Source of the DNA: an uncultured Gemmatimonadales bacterium
Lineage (GTDB): Bacteria; Gemmatimonadota; Gemmatimonadetes; Longimicrobiales; RSA9
NCBI GenBank assembly: GCA_963816355.1
Contig: CAWFKH010000001.1
Location: forward strand, 1-64,000
Length of the DNA stretch: 64,000 bases
Direction of reading: 5' to 3'
The notes beneath the pieces are model-generated. The model did no database searches and was not told the origin of the DNA. It saw nothing but the letters and a program-made list of their open reading frames with translations. Below, one piece after another: positions 20,642 to 31,226 of the stretch. The stretch's first letter is position 1; every line of letters begins with the position of its first letter. A program made the translations under genes and the position numbers.

Positions 20642-22081
20642 TCAGCGCACGGGGAAGACCGCCCGTCCCACGACGATGCGCGTCGAGTGCGCGCGCTTCC
20701 CGCCCGCCGCGGCCCCGGGTACCGCCTCCGTCCACGCCGCGAACGCGCGTCCCGCGTGGATCGAGACGCCGGTGTAGTCGCCCAGGAACTCGCCGCCCGG
20801 CTGGAACGCGCGCTCGCTCCACGGCCGGCGCCGGAACGTCCGCCCGCCGTCCGCCGACCACGCGAGCATGTAGCGCAGGGCGTGATCCGGCTCCTGCCTG
20901 TAGTAGCCGACGACGACCAGCCCCGTCGCCGCGTCGACCGCCATCCACGCGAAGAACCGGTCCCGCGCGTCGGACGCCGAGTTGGCGCTGACCGGGATCG
21001 GCGCAGACCAGGTGGCGCCGCCGTCGTCGGACGTCGAGAGGAAGACCGCCGTCGCCCCGAGCCGGCCGTCCGCCCACTCGACGTACAGCCGACCCGTGCG
21101 CGCGTCGACATCCAGCGACGGGTAGCCCTGCGCGCGGTCGATCCCCGGCACGCCGAAGACGATGTCCGGCGTGCGCGCCACCAGCACGTCCGGACCGAAC
21201 GTCGCCCCGCGGTCCCTCGAACGATCGAGCCGGATCCCGGTCGAGTCGCTCCACACGACGTACACCGTGCCGTCCGGCCCCACCGCCACGTCCGTTCCCT
21301 CGTCCGCGCCCACGCTGTCCTTCGGGCTTCCGGCGCGGTCGCTGATCTCGATCGGCGGCGAGAAGCTCTTCCCCCGGTCCGCCGAACGGCTGAAGAGGAT
21401 CACCGATTCCGTGCGCCGAAACTCCGTCCACGCCACGTAGATGCGGCCCCGGCGCGCCGGGTCGTCGCTGCGGTCGATCCCCATCATCGGCTTGTCCTCG
21501 AACGGGATCCCCGGCCGCTCCATCCGCTCGATCACCGGCGTCGGATACTCCCACCACGTGAGCCCGCCACTGTCCGATCGGTTCAGGAAGATGCCGTTGT
21601 GGTGCGCGCGCGCCCCCAGCGTGTCGTAGCTCTCCGGCCGGTGGAACGCGATGTAGAGCGCGTACGCCCGCCCGTCCGCGTCGAACTCGACCGACGGATC
21701 GCCGGACAGGTCCCACTCCTCCCCGCCCGGAAGCGGCTGCCGCACCCACGTGTCGCCGTCGTCCACCGACGACGCCACCGTCGCCGGAACCTGGTAGGCG
21801 ACCACCACGTTCGCCGGATTGTACGGGTTGATCGCGATCGACGGCTCGTCCTGATAGCCGATCCCCGTCACCGGCGTCGACGCGACCACCGGCTCCCCCA
21901 CCGTGGTCGGAAGCGGCGTCCCGGGGACCACCCCGCCGCAACCCGCCGCGAGCCCGCCCGCCCCGAGCGCGAGCGCCGCGCGCCACGCGGCGCCGGCGGC
22001 CCCGATCGCCGCGCGCGCGCGGCGCCGCCCGCCGGCCCGAGCGTGGGGCACGCCGCGACTCCCCGCTGCCTCTGTGTCCAC
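20642..22081 (-). CDS. Sialidase-like BNR/Asp-box lipoprotein
   Basis: Repeated SxDxGxTW/F Asp boxes; lipobox LAAGC; GDY near the C-terminus; start approximate. Confidence 0.8.
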   Translation of the reverse strand: MDTEAAGSRGVPHARAGGRRRARAAIGAAGAAWRAALALGAGGLAAGCGGVVPGTPLPTTVGEPVVASTPVTGIGYQDEPSIAINPYNPANVVVAYQVPATVASSVDDGDTWVRQPLPGGEEWDLSGDPSVEFDADGRAYALYIAFHRPESYDTLGARAHHNGIFLNRSDSGGLTWWEYPTPVIERMERPGIPFEDKPMMGIDRSDDPARRGRIYVAWTEFRRTESVILFSRSADRGKSFSPPIEISDRAGSPKDSVGADEGTDVAVGPDGTVYVVWSDSTGIRLDRSRDRGATFGPDVLVARTPDIVFGVPGIDRAQGYPSLDVDARTGRLYVEWADGRLGATAVFLSTSDDGGATWSAPIPVSANSASDARDRFFAWMAVDAATGLVVVGYYRQEPDHALRYMLAWSADGGRTFRRRPWSERAFQPGGEFLGDYTGVSIHAGRAFAAWTEAVPGAAAGGKRAHSTRIVVGRAVFPVR

Positions 22082-22284
22082 GTGCGCCTCTTCCTGAGCT
22101 CCCCCTCGCCGCTCCGGGCGGCGGCGACCGCCAAGAGTAAGGGACACGCCGTCACGCCTGCAAACGTCACCCCCCGCGAGCCCCTCCGCTCCGCCTCCGC
22201 CGGCCCTGTTGCGAGCGCGCCCCGCACGCCCGCATCTTGCCAGGCCGCTTCAGCGTCTTCTCACCGTTCGACGGAGGTGCGCCG

Positions 22285-22803
22285 TTGAGGATCGTCGCGG
22301 GGCGCTGGGCCGGCCGCGACCTCGTCTCGCCGCCCGACCGCCGCGTACGCGCCACCGCCGAGGCGGTCCGCGCCGCGATCTTCGAACGCATCGCGCCGGC
22401 GATCGACGGCGCCCGCGTCCTCGACCTCTTCGCCGGCACCGGCGCGCTCGGCCTCGAGGCGCTCTCCCGCGGCGCGCGCGACGCCGACTTCGTCGAGACG
22501 CGCCCCTCCAGCCTGCACGCGCTGCGCGCCAACATCGCCGCGCTGCGGGTGCGGCGCCGCACCCGCGTCTTCAAGCGCGACGCGCTGCCGTTCGCGGCGT
22601 CGCTCGATGCCGGCGCCTACGACATCGCCTTCGCCGACCCGCCCTACCGCTCTCGCATGCTCGACCGCCTCGTCGAGACGTGGCGGCGCCGCGGCTTCGC
22701 CACGCTCCTCGTCGCCGAGCACGCCGCCGACCACGTGCTGCCTCCCGGCGGCGAGCAGCGGCGCCACGGCGACACCGCCGTCACCCTCTACCGCCGCGCC
22801 TGA
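22285..22803 (+). CDS. rsmD: RsmD family RNA methyltransferase
   Basis: RIVAG, LDLFAGTGALGLEALSRGA, DPPY; TTG start after GGAGG. Confidence 0.85.
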   Translation: MRIVAGRWAGRDLVSPPDRRVRATAEAVRAAIFERIAPAIDGARVLDLFAGTGALGLEALSRGARDADFVETRPSSLHALRANIAALRVRRRTRVFKRDALPFAASLDAGAYDIAFADPPYRSRMLDRLVETWRRRGFATLLVAEHAADHVLPPGGEQRRHGDTAVTLYRRA

Positions 22804-22888
22804 TAGCCGGTGGCGCCGCGCCCGCCGTCGCGCCCGCGAGGGACGCCGGCGCCCGAGACCGCGGTCGCGCGCCGGCCCGCGCCGGCCG

Positions 22889-23974
22889 TTACTGCGCCGC
22901 GCCGAACCGCACGCCGGCGAGCCGCCGCTCGATCAGAGCGACGAGCGTGTCCGGCAGCGGTGCGTACTGCAGCGGCGGCGCGTACTGCTGTCCGTCGTGC
23001 ACGCCCCAGCGCACGAAATCGACGAGGGCGTGACCCTTCGGCGTGTCCGGCTGATCGCCGCACAGCAGCATCCACGTGAAGGAGGAGATCGGATACGCCT
23101 GGGCCCCGGGCGCGTTCACCACGGAGAGGCGGAAGTCGGTCCCGGCCGAGACGCTGCCGGCCACGCCCGCGGCCGCGGCCGTCGCGCCCTCCAGTGATGG
23201 CTGCACGTAGTTCCCGGCCGCGTTCCGCAGCACCGCGAACGGCAACTGGTTCTGCGTCGCGTACGCCAGTTCGACGTAGCCGACCGCCCCCGGCACCTGC
23301 TTCACCTGGCCTGCGACGCCCTCGTTCCCCTTGCCGCCCAGCCCCACCGGCCACGCCACGTCCTTGCCCTTGCCCGGCCCCGCCTTCCACGCCGCGCTCG
23401 TCGCCGACAGATAGTCCGTGAAGATGAAGGTCGTGCCGCTGCCGTCGCTCCGGTGCACCACCAGGATGTCCCTCGACGGCAGGCTCACGCCCCGGTTGAG
23501 CGCGCGGATCGCGGGCGCGTCCCACTTCGTGACGCGCCCCAGGAAGATCTCCGCCAGCACGTCGCCCGTCAGCTTCAACGGCTGCGTGACCTCCGGCAGA
23601 TTGTAGATCACCGCGACGGCGCCGAGCACCGTCGGGATCTGCAGCACGTCCTTGCACTCCGCCTTGCCGAGCTCCTCGTCCGTCATCGGCGCGTCCGTGC
23701 CGCCGAAGTCGACGATCCCGCTCGAGAACTGGCGGATCCCCGCGCCCGACCCGACCGACTGGTAGTTCACCTGAGTGCCGCGCTCCCGCGCGTACACGGA
23801 GGACCATTTCGAGTAGATCGGGTACGCGAAGGAGGACCCGGCGCCGGTCAGCTTCGCCGCCGCGCCCCCCCCGCCGGCGCTGCCGCCGGCTCCCGCCTGC
23901 GCCTCGGGCTGCCGCTCGCCGCCGCCGCACGCCGCGAGCGCCAGCATGGCCGTCACGGTCAACCAACGTCTCAT
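22889..23974 (-). CDS. pstS: Phosphate ABC transporter substrate-binding lipoprotein
   Basis: GAGSSF, YQSVGSGAG, RSDGSGTT, GKGNEGV; lipobox LAAC. Confidence 0.95.
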   Translation of the reverse strand: MRRWLTVTAMLALAACGGGERQPEAQAGAGGSAGGGGAAAKLTGAGSSFAYPIYSKWSSVYARERGTQVNYQSVGSGAGIRQFSSGIVDFGGTDAPMTDEELGKAECKDVLQIPTVLGAVAVIYNLPEVTQPLKLTGDVLAEIFLGRVTKWDAPAIRALNRGVSLPSRDILVVHRSDGSGTTFIFTDYLSATSAAWKAGPGKGKDVAWPVGLGGKGNEGVAGQVKQVPGAVGYVELAYATQNQLPFAVLRNAAGNYVQPSLEGATAAAAGVAGSVSAGTDFRLSVVNAPGAQAYPISSFTWMLLCGDQPDTPKGHALVDFVRWGVHDGQQYAPPLQYAPLPDTLVALIERRLAGVRFGAAQ

Positions 23975-24164
23975 CGTTCGTCCTTTCTCCCGCTTGCGTT
24001 GCCGGCGTCGCCGCCCGCCGATCGCCAGGATCGTTCCGTCGCCGGACGGCGACGGGAACGGCTGCAAGCTCGAACGCTTTCGTCACGGTCCCGCCACCAC
24101 CGGCGTAACGGCGCCGTCACGCGCGCCGAGCGGACGCGGCGGTGCGTCCCGCCGGGGCCGCGGC

Positions 24165-24941
24165 TCAGCCGAAGCGGCCGGTGATGTACGCCTCCGTGCG
24201 CTCGTCGCGCGGCCGCGTGAAGAGCAGGTCGGTCGGCGAGAACTCGATCAGCGCGCCGGAGAGCAGGAAGGCCGTATGGTCGGAGATGCGCGCCGCCTGC
24301 TGCATGCTGTGCGTCACGATGACGATCGTCATCGAGGCGCGGAGCTCGTCCAGGAGTGCCTCGACGCGCTCGGTGCTCACCGGGTCGAGGGATGCCGTCG
24401 GCTCGTCGAGGAGCAGCACGGCGGGCCGCATCGCGAGAGCCCGCGCGATGCAGAGCCGCTGCTGCTGGCCGCCGGAAAGCGCGGTCGCGCTCTCGTCGAG
24501 ACGGTCCCTGACCTCGTCCCACAGCGCCGCCTCGCGCAGCGCGCGCTCGACCGTCTCACCGCGGCGCTCTCCGCCGCGCGGCAGCACCTTGAGGCCGGCC
24601 GCCACGTTGTCCGCGATCGACATCGTGGGGAAGGGCGTCGGCCGCTGGAAGACCATGCCGACGTGCCGCCGCACGCTCACCGGGTCGACGTCGGACGCGT
24701 AGATGTCGCGCCCGTCGAGCAGCACCTCGCCCTCCGCCCGCGCGCCGGGCACCGTCTCGTGCATCCGGTTGAGGCAGCGCAGGAACGTGGACTTGCCGCA
24801 GCCGGACGGGCCGATGATCGCCGTGACCTGCCGGTCCGCGAGCGGCAGCGTCACCGACCGGATCGCGTGCACCGCGCCGAAGTACGCGTCGAGCTGGTGC
24901 GTACGCATGCGCGCCCGAGCGTCGCCCGCCGCCGTCGCCAC
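24165..24941 (-). CDS. pstB: Phosphate ABC transporter ATPase
   Basis: [33 protein letters not shown]. Confidence 0.95.
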   Translation of the reverse strand: MATAAGDARARMRTHQLDAYFGAVHAIRSVTLPLADRQVTAIIGPSGCGKSTFLRCLNRMHETVPGARAEGEVLLDGRDIYASDVDPVSVRRHVGMVFQRPTPFPTMSIADNVAAGLKVLPRGGERRGETVERALREAALWDEVRDRLDESATALSGGQQQRLCIARALAMRPAVLLLDEPTASLDPVSTERVEALLDELRASMTIVIVTHSMQQAARISDHTAFLLSGALIEFSPTDLLFTRPRDERTEAYITGRFG

Positions 24942-24944
24942 GGC

Positions 24945-25829
24945 TCACTCCCCCGCGCCGTAACGCCGCCGGGTGGCGAAGCGCGCGGCCATCCCGATCA
25001 GCAGGATCACCATGATCAGCACGAGCGCACCCGCCCACGCGAGTGCGTGCCACTCGTCGTAGGCGCTGATCGCGTAGTTGAAGATCTGGAGCGGGAGCGC
25101 GGCGATCGGGCGGTTCAGCGAGACCGACCAGAACTGGTTGCCGAACGCGGTGAAGAGCAGCGGCGCCGTCTCGCCCGCGATCCGCGCCATCGCCACCATG
25201 ACGCCCGTGACAATGCCGCCCGCCGCCGCCGGCAGCACGACCCGCAGCGACGCGCGCCAGCGCGGATACGCCAGCGCCAGCGCCGCCTCCCGCAGCGAGT
25301 TCGGTACGACGCGCACGATCTCCTCCGTCGTGCGCGTCACCGTCGGGACCATCATCGCCGCCAGCGCGACGCCGCCGGCGAACGCCGAGAAGTGCCCCAT
25401 CGGCCGCACGATCAGCTCCCACGCGAAGATCCCCATCACCACGGAGGGCAGGCCGTTGAGGACGTCGGCGAGGAAGCGCACCGTGGTGGCGAGCCGGCCG
25501 CGCTTCCTCTCCGCCAGGTAGACGCCCGCACCCACCCCGATCGGCACCCCCATCGCCGTCGCGAGCCCGATCAGGATGAGCGTGCCGACGATCGCGTTCG
25601 CCATGCCGCCGCCCGCCTCCCCCACCGGCTTCGGCAGCGCCGTGAAGAACGAAGGCGAGAGCGAGCGCGCACCCTTGTCGACCAGGTAGAAGAGGATCAG
25701 CGCCAGCGGCGCCAGCACGATCGCCGCCAATGCGTACGTCGTCCCGATCATGAACGCGCTGCGGAAGCGCCGCCACGGCGACGTCCGCCGCTTCGCCCAC
25801 GAGCCGCCCGCCGGCGCGTCGGCCCTCAC
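24945..25829 (-). CDS. pstA: Phosphate ABC transporter permease
   Basis: GGMANAIVGT, LREAALAL, ARIAGETAPL; GTG overlaps the pstC stop. Confidence 0.93.
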   Translation of the reverse strand: MRADAPAGGSWAKRRTSPWRRFRSAFMIGTTYALAAIVLAPLALILFYLVDKGARSLSPSFFTALPKPVGEAGGGMANAIVGTLILIGLATAMGVPIGVGAGVYLAERKRGRLATTVRFLADVLNGLPSVVMGIFAWELIVRPMGHFSAFAGGVALAAMMVPTVTRTTEEIVRVVPNSLREAALALAYPRWRASLRVVLPAAAGGIVTGVMVAMARIAGETAPLLFTAFGNQFWSVSLNRPIAALPLQIFNYAISAYDEWHALAWAGALVLIMVILLIGMAARFATRRRYGAGE

Positions 25830-26827
25830 TCCCCCTCCCGCGCGGTCCGCCACACCAGGTAGCGCGCCAGCCCGTTCACCACGAGCGTGATCAGCAGCAG
25901 CACGAAGCCCACCGCCATCAGCGCCGACAGGTGCAGGTCTCCCGACGCCTCGCTGAACTGGTTCGCGATCAGCGACGCCATCGTGTAGCCCGGCGCGAAG
26001 AGCGACGCGGCGATCTCGTTCCGGTTGCCGATCACCATCGTCACCGCCATCGTCTCGCCGATCGCCCGCCCCAGCCCCAGGATCACGCCGCCGATGATCC
26101 CCGACTTCGCGTTCGGCAGCACCGCGCCCCGGATCATCTCCCACCGCGTCGCGCCCAGCGCCAGCGCCGCCTCCCGCTGCGAGCGCGGCACCGCCAGCAG
26201 CACCTCCCGCGACACCGCCGAGATATAGGGAAGGATCATCACCGCCAGGATCAGCGCCGCCGCCAGCATGCTCGGGCCGTACGCCGCACCCCGGAAGAAC
26301 GGCGTCGCCCCCAGCCCCAGTCCGTCCCGCAGAAACGGCATCACCACCGTGCGCAGCACCGGGATCAGCACGAAGATCCCCCACAGCCCGTACACCACGC
26401 TCGGAATCGCCGCCAGCAGATCCACCAGGAACGACACCGGCTGCCGCAGCCACCCCGGCGCGAACTCCGACAGGAACACCGCCGTCCCCACCGCGAGCGG
26501 CGTCGCCAGCACCAGCGCCAGCACCGACGACACCACCGTGCCGTAGATCGCCGCCGCCGCCCCGAACCGGCCCGCTCCCGGGTCCCACTCGCTGCTCACC
26601 AGAAAGCTGAGACCGAACTGCCGCAGCGCCGGCCACGCCGCGATCCCCACTACCACGAACACCAGCAGCAGCAGCACCGGAACGCTCGCCGCGAACACCG
26701 TGATCGTCGCATCGTACAGACGGTCGCCCCACCCGCCACGGTCCGGCGGTCCCGCGCCGAAACGCGGCTCCGCCGGCCCCGCCGCACCCACGTCTTCGCT
26801 CGCCTCGACGCTCACGTCCGCCGACAT
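25826..26827 (-). CDS. pstC: Phosphate ABC transporter permease
   Basis: LAAIPSVVYGLWG, EAALALGATRWE, GRAIGETMAV. Confidence 0.93.
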   Translation of the reverse strand: MSADVSVEASEDVGAAGPAEPRFGAGPPDRGGWGDRLYDATITVFAASVPVLLLLVFVVVGIAAWPALRQFGLSFLVSSEWDPGAGRFGAAAAIYGTVVSSVLALVLATPLAVGTAVFLSEFAPGWLRQPVSFLVDLLAAIPSVVYGLWGIFVLIPVLRTVVMPFLRDGLGLGATPFFRGAAYGPSMLAAALILAVMILPYISAVSREVLLAVPRSQREAALALGATRWEMIRGAVLPNAKSGIIGGVILGLGRAIGETMAVTMVIGNRNEIAASLFAPGYTMASLIANQFSEASGDLHLSALMAVGFVLLLITLVVNGLARYLVWRTAREGE

Positions 26828-27012
26828 CCGCCTCTCCGGCTCGGCTGGCCTCGACTCCCCCTCTCCCCCAGGACCCGCTCCCCCGCGGCCGCGCCTGTGG
26901 TAATCTTCTGCCGCCTGTCCCCTCCCGATCACGGCCGCGTAACGAAAAGGTATCGGCCACGGCGCGTCCCATTCCGCTTGGCCGCCGCGACGTCAGCCCC
27001 TATCGTTCCCAC

Positions 27013-27561
27013 ATGGCATATCTCAACCGGAACTCGCTGCGCGCCGCCGCCTGCGGCGTCGGACTGGTGGCGACGCTGCTCGCGCCGGCGCCCGCCGCGG
27101 CGCAGGCGCCCGCCGCCGCGCCTGCGACCGCGGCCGACTCGGCGGCGGCCGGCCTGCGCGCGCAGGCGGGGACGGGCCGGCAGGTCCGCATTGATCTGCG
27201 CGACGACGGCCGCCGCACCGGCTCCGTCGTGGAGCTGCGGCCGCCGCTGCTGGTGCTGCGGACGGCGGAGGGGGCGAGCCCGATCCAGCTCGACCGCATC
27301 GAGGCGGCGTGGGTGCGGGAGCGTGCGACCGGCCGCGGCGCGAAGATCGGCGCGATCACCGGCGCCGTTGGAGGCGCGGCGGGCGGCGTGCTCGCGGGGC
27401 TGGTCGTGGCGGCGTTGTGCGAGTCCGACTGCCCGTCCAACTCGACGCTGCAGACGGTCGCCTTCACCGCCGGGGGCGCGCTGCTGGGCAGCGCCGCGGG
27501 CGCGCTGCTCGGCGCGACGATCGGCGCGGCGCTGCCGCGCTGGCGCCGGATCTATCCATGA
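27013..27561 (+). CDS. Hypothetical secreted protein with glycine-zipper segments
   Basis: Signal peptide; GAxxGAxxG hydrophobic repeats. Confidence 0.65.
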   Translation: MAYLNRNSLRAAACGVGLVATLLAPAPAAAQAPAAAPATAADSAAAGLRAQAGTGRQVRIDLRDDGRRTGSVVELRPPLLVLRTAEGASPIQLDRIEAAWVRERATGRGAKIGAITGAVGGAAGGVLAGLVVAALCESDCPSNSTLQTVAFTAGGALLGSAAGALLGATIGAALPRWRRIYP

Positions 27562-28160
27562 GCGCGCGACGCGCGGCGGCGTGCTCCGGCGCGGCGATCG
27601 CGGCCTTCGTGGCCGTGGCGCTGCCGCCTGCGCTCGCGCCGGCGCCGGCGTGCGCGCAGGCGATCGGCGCGTTCTCGCTCACCGGCGGCTATGCGGCGCA
27701 CGCGCGCGGTAGTGGCGGCGGCGGCGGCGAGCTCGCGGTCGCGTTCACGCCGGTGTTCGGCCCGCTGTCGTTCGGACCGGAAGTCGGCGTCGCGGGGCTC
27801 GGCCGGCAGCCGGTGGCGAGCGAGTGCCCGGTGGTGGATTGTCCGGACCGGCTCGGCGTCGCGCCCGAGGTGGCGTGGCACGCGGGCGGCGTGGTGCGCC
27901 TCGAGGTGGGGGCGCTGGCGCTGCGGCCGTACGCGGTGGCCGGCGCCGGCCTCTACTCCTGGCGCTCGTCCACGAGCGACGTGACGACCTCGCTCGAGCT
28001 CGTCGGCTACTCGGCAGGACTGGGCGTCCGTTCGCGGCTGCCGTGGGCCGCCTGGAGCGCGCGCCTCGAGGCGCGCCGCCACGACAACCTGAGCCACAGC
28101 GGCAGCGCCCGTGAGCTCGCCTTCTACACGGTCTCCGCCGGCCTGTCCCGCGTCTGGTGA
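27558..28160 (+). CDS. Small outer-membrane beta-barrel-like protein
   Basis: ATGA coupling; signal peptide; RPYAVAGAG; terminal Trp. Confidence 0.65.
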   Translation: MSARRAAACSGAAIAAFVAVALPPALAPAPACAQAIGAFSLTGGYAAHARGSGGGGGELAVAFTPVFGPLSFGPEVGVAGLGRQPVASECPVVDCPDRLGVAPEVAWHAGGVVRLEVGALALRPYAVAGAGLYSWRSSTSDVTTSLELVGYSAGLGVRSRLPWAAWSARLEARRHDNLSHSGSARELAFYTVSAGLSRVW

Positions 28161-28197
28161 CGGCCCCGCCCGCCGGCCCCGGCTCCCGGAACGATCC

Positions 28198-28998
28198 CTG
28201 ACGGACCCCACCCGCGTCGAACGATTCCGCGCCGCCCGCCGCGATCCGGCGCTCGCGGTCCTGGAAGGGATCCACCCCCTCAAGCACGCGCTGCGCTTCG
28301 GCGCGCGGGTCGTCGAGGCCGTCTCTCCCGACCCGGAGCGGATCGCCGCACTGGCCCGCGACCTCGCGCCGGACGTCGCGCCCCGCATCGAGGCGCTGCT
28401 GCGCGTCGTTCCCGAGGAGGTCTTCGTCGAGCTCGCCCCCGCGCCGCCGACCTCCGGCGTCCTCGCGCTCGCGCACCGCCCCCGCCAGGACCTCCGCGCC
28501 GCCCTCGCCCACACCGGCTCCGCCCCCGTCGTGCTGCTCGACCGCCCCACCCATCTCGGCAACATCGGCGCGGTCGTCCGCGTCGCCGCCGCCGCCGGCG
28601 CCGCCGCCGTCGTCACCACCGGGCCCAACGACCCGTGGCACCCCGCAGCGCTCCGCGGCGGCGCCGGGCTGCAGTACGCGCTGCCGGTCGCGCGCCTGGA
28701 CGCCGCCCGCTTCGCCTCGCCCGGCGAGCTCCCCGTCGCAACCGCCGCGGCGCTGCCCCCGTTCGGACGGACCGTCGTCGCGCTGGACCCGGACGGCGAT
28801 CCGCTCGAAGACGTCAGCCTGCCCGCACGCGCGATCCTCGCCTTCGGCTCCGAGCGCCGCGGCCTCGCCGCCTGGATCCTCGATGCCGCCGACCGCCGCG
28901 TCGCGATCCCCATGCGGGCCGGCGTCTCCAGCCTCAACCTCGCCACCGCCGCCGCCGTCGTGCTCTACGCCCGTCGGCGCGAGCCCCGCGACGGCTGA
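28198..28998 (+). CDS. TrmH/SpoU family RNA methyltransferase
   Basis: HLGNIGAVVR, FGSERRGL, IPMRAGVSSLNLA; start uncertain. Confidence 0.88.
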   Translation: MTDPTRVERFRAARRDPALAVLEGIHPLKHALRFGARVVEAVSPDPERIAALARDLAPDVAPRIEALLRVVPEEVFVELAPAPPTSGVLALAHRPRQDLRAALAHTGSAPVVLLDRPTHLGNIGAVVRVAAAAGAAAVVTTGPNDPWHPAALRGGAGLQYALPVARLDAARFASPGELPVATAAALPPFGRTVVALDPDGDPLEDVSLPARAILAFGSERRGLAAWILDAADRRVAIPMRAGVSSLNLATAAAVVLYARRREPRDG

Positions 28999-29244
28999 AG
29001 CCGCCGGGGTACGCGACCGTCCTCCGTCGCGGCCCCCCTTGGGGGGACCACCCGCCCCTGAGCGGGGACGGTCCGCAGACCACGCTTGCCGAACCGCGCT
29101 GGACCGCCTACCGTAGTGGACCTGCCCAGTCTCCCGGTCCGCGCTCCGGGAGCCGCACCGAGCGCACGAACAGCGCTCCGCTGCTTGCACTGGTCCGGCC
29201 CTCTTCGGCCATCCCAGCGTAACCCGCTACACGGAGTCTCGTCG

Positions 29245-31098
29245 ATGCGACGCCATCTCGTCCTGCTGTTCGCCCTCGGCATCGCCGCATGCCAGGACAT
29301 GACCCAGCCGCCGGGAACCGCCACCGGGCCCGCCGCGGACGTCGCGCCGCCGGCGGCGGTGCAGAGCGGCCGCGACCGCGTCGTCGCCGGCGAAGTGATC
29401 GTGAAGCTGCGCGACGGCGCGAACGCCGCCGACGTGGCGCGCGCGCACGGCCTCGCCCTCGGACGCAGCGGCTACCGCGACGCCTTCACCGTCCTGCGCG
29501 GCGCGGCCGGCGCCGAGCGCGCGAATGCTTCGGCGCTCGCGCGGGACGCGCGCGTCGTTTACGCCGAGCCGAACTACCTGCGCCAGACGAGCACGTTCGA
29601 CACCCGCCTGTGGGCGTACTTCAACCCGGGCGGCCTGACGATCAAGTTCACGCGCGGGCGCAACAGCGGCCAGGTGGTGACGTCCGACCTCTCGAAGGCG
29701 GACGCGGACGAGGACAACATCGAGGGCTACGCGAGCGGCGGCTCCCCGGTCGTCATCGGCAGCATCGACACGGGCGTGCAGTTTGACCACACCGAGTTCT
29801 CCGGCGTAAACCTGATCGCCGGCCGCGACTGGTACTCCGGCGACGACGACCCGTCCGACGAGGACGGCCACGGCACCCACACGACCGGCACCATGGCCGG
29901 CCGCACCGTGGGCGTCGCCGGCGTCTCCGGCGCGGGCCCGAACGTCAGCGTCTACGTGCAGCGCGTGTGCGGGCCGCAGGGCTGCCCGACCAGCGCGATC
30001 GTGAACGCGATCAACGCCGCGGCGGACTTCCTCTCCAGCGGCAGCCACATCGTCGCCGTCAACATGAGCCTCGGCGGCGCCAGCGAGTCGCAGGCGGAGC
30101 ACGACGCGATCCAGCACGCGACAGACAACGGCGTGCTCGTCATCGCCTCCGCCGGCAACGGCGGCACCGGCACGGTCTCCTGCCCCGCGTGCGACGCGAA
30201 CGCGATCTCGGTCGCGGCGACGAACTGGCGCGACACGCTCACCTACTATTCGAACTGGGGCGGCGGCCTCGACATCTCCGCGCCGGGCGGCGAGATGTTC
30301 TCCAACACGACCGAGGAGAGCGGCATCTACAGCTCCTACCTCGGCGGTGGCTACGCCTACCTGCAGGGCACCTCGATGGCGGCGCCGCAGGTCACCGGCG
30401 CGGCCGGCGTCGTCGCCTCCGTGACCGGGCTGCGCGGATCGGCGCTCCGCACCCGCATCCTCGGCTCGGCCGACGACCTCCACGACGCCAATCACTTCGG
30501 CGCGGGCCGCCTCAACACGTACCGCGCGGTGACCAACACGACGCTGTCGGCGGCGGCCGACCAGGTGAACGGCGGCGGCACGACCAACGCTCCGCCCACC
30601 GCCGCCTTCACGTCGAGCTGCAGCGGCCTCACGTGCAGCTTCACCGACGGCAGCAGCGACAGCGACGGCTCGATCTCCGCGCGGAGCTGGAGCTTCGGCG
30701 ATGGCGTCGGCTCGGCGGCGACGAACCCGTCGCACACGTACGCCTCCGGCGGCACGTACACCGTCACGCTCACGGTCACCGACAACGGCGGCGCAACGGG
30801 CTCCATCAGCCACGATGTCGCCGTGAGCGCCGGCTCCGGCGGCGGCGACGTCATCGTGCTCGGCGTGACGCAGTCGAACAAGGGGCCGAACGTCTTCGCC
30901 GAGCTGGCCTGGACGGGCGCGAGCGCCGCGAACGTGGACATCTACCGCGGCCTGAACAGCGCCACGCCGTCGCTGCTCACCACCACGTCCAACACCGGCT
31001 CCTTCTCGGACAAGCTCGGCAGGAGCTTCACCGGCACGGTCCAGTACAAGGTGTGCGACGCCGGCACCGCCGTCTGCTCGAGCCTGGCCGGCTTCTGA
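29245..31098 (+). CDS. S8 subtilisin-like peptidase with PKD domain, lipoprotein
   Basis: IDTG, HGTH, AGN, GTSMA; WSFGDG..HTY..GTYTVTLTVTD. Confidence 0.93.
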   Translation: MRRHLVLLFALGIAACQDMTQPPGTATGPAADVAPPAAVQSGRDRVVAGEVIVKLRDGANAADVARAHGLALGRSGYRDAFTVLRGAAGAERANASALARDARVVYAEPNYLRQTSTFDTRLWAYFNPGGLTIKFTRGRNSGQVVTSDLSKADADEDNIEGYASGGSPVVIGSIDTGVQFDHTEFSGVNLIAGRDWYSGDDDPSDEDGHGTHTTGTMAGRTVGVAGVSGAGPNVSVYVQRVCGPQGCPTSAIVNAINAAADFLSSGSHIVAVNMSLGGASESQAEHDAIQHATDNGVLVIASAGNGGTGTVSCPACDANAISVAATNWRDTLTYYSNWGGGLDISAPGGEMFSNTTEESGIYSSYLGGGYAYLQGTSMAAPQVTGAAGVVASVTGLRGSALRTRILGSADDLHDANHFGAGRLNTYRAVTNTTLSAAADQVNGGGTTNAPPTAAFTSSCSGLTCSFTDGSSDSDGSISARSWSFGDGVGSAATNPSHTYASGGTYTVTLTVTDNGGATGSISHDVAVSAGSGGGDVIVLGVTQSNKGPNVFAELAWTGASAANVDIYRGLNSATPSLLTTTSNTGSFSDKLGRSFTGTVQYKVCDAGTAVCSSLAGF

Positions 31099-31226
31099 GC
31101 TGAGGGCGCAGGCGCGCGGGGGCGGGCGGCGGCGCTCGCGCGCGCCGCTCTTCGCGACGCGTCCGCCCGCCGGAGCGGGCCGGGCCCCCAGGGCCCGGCC
31201 CGCTTTTCGCATCACGCGGTCCGGCC

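Noticed and set aside
24080..24122. Pho boxes upstream of pstS (GTCAC/GTAAC; a similar pair lies near 26928-26945)
   Set aside because: The 11-bp spacing is suggestive, but the matches are too short and degenerate in GC-rich DNA.
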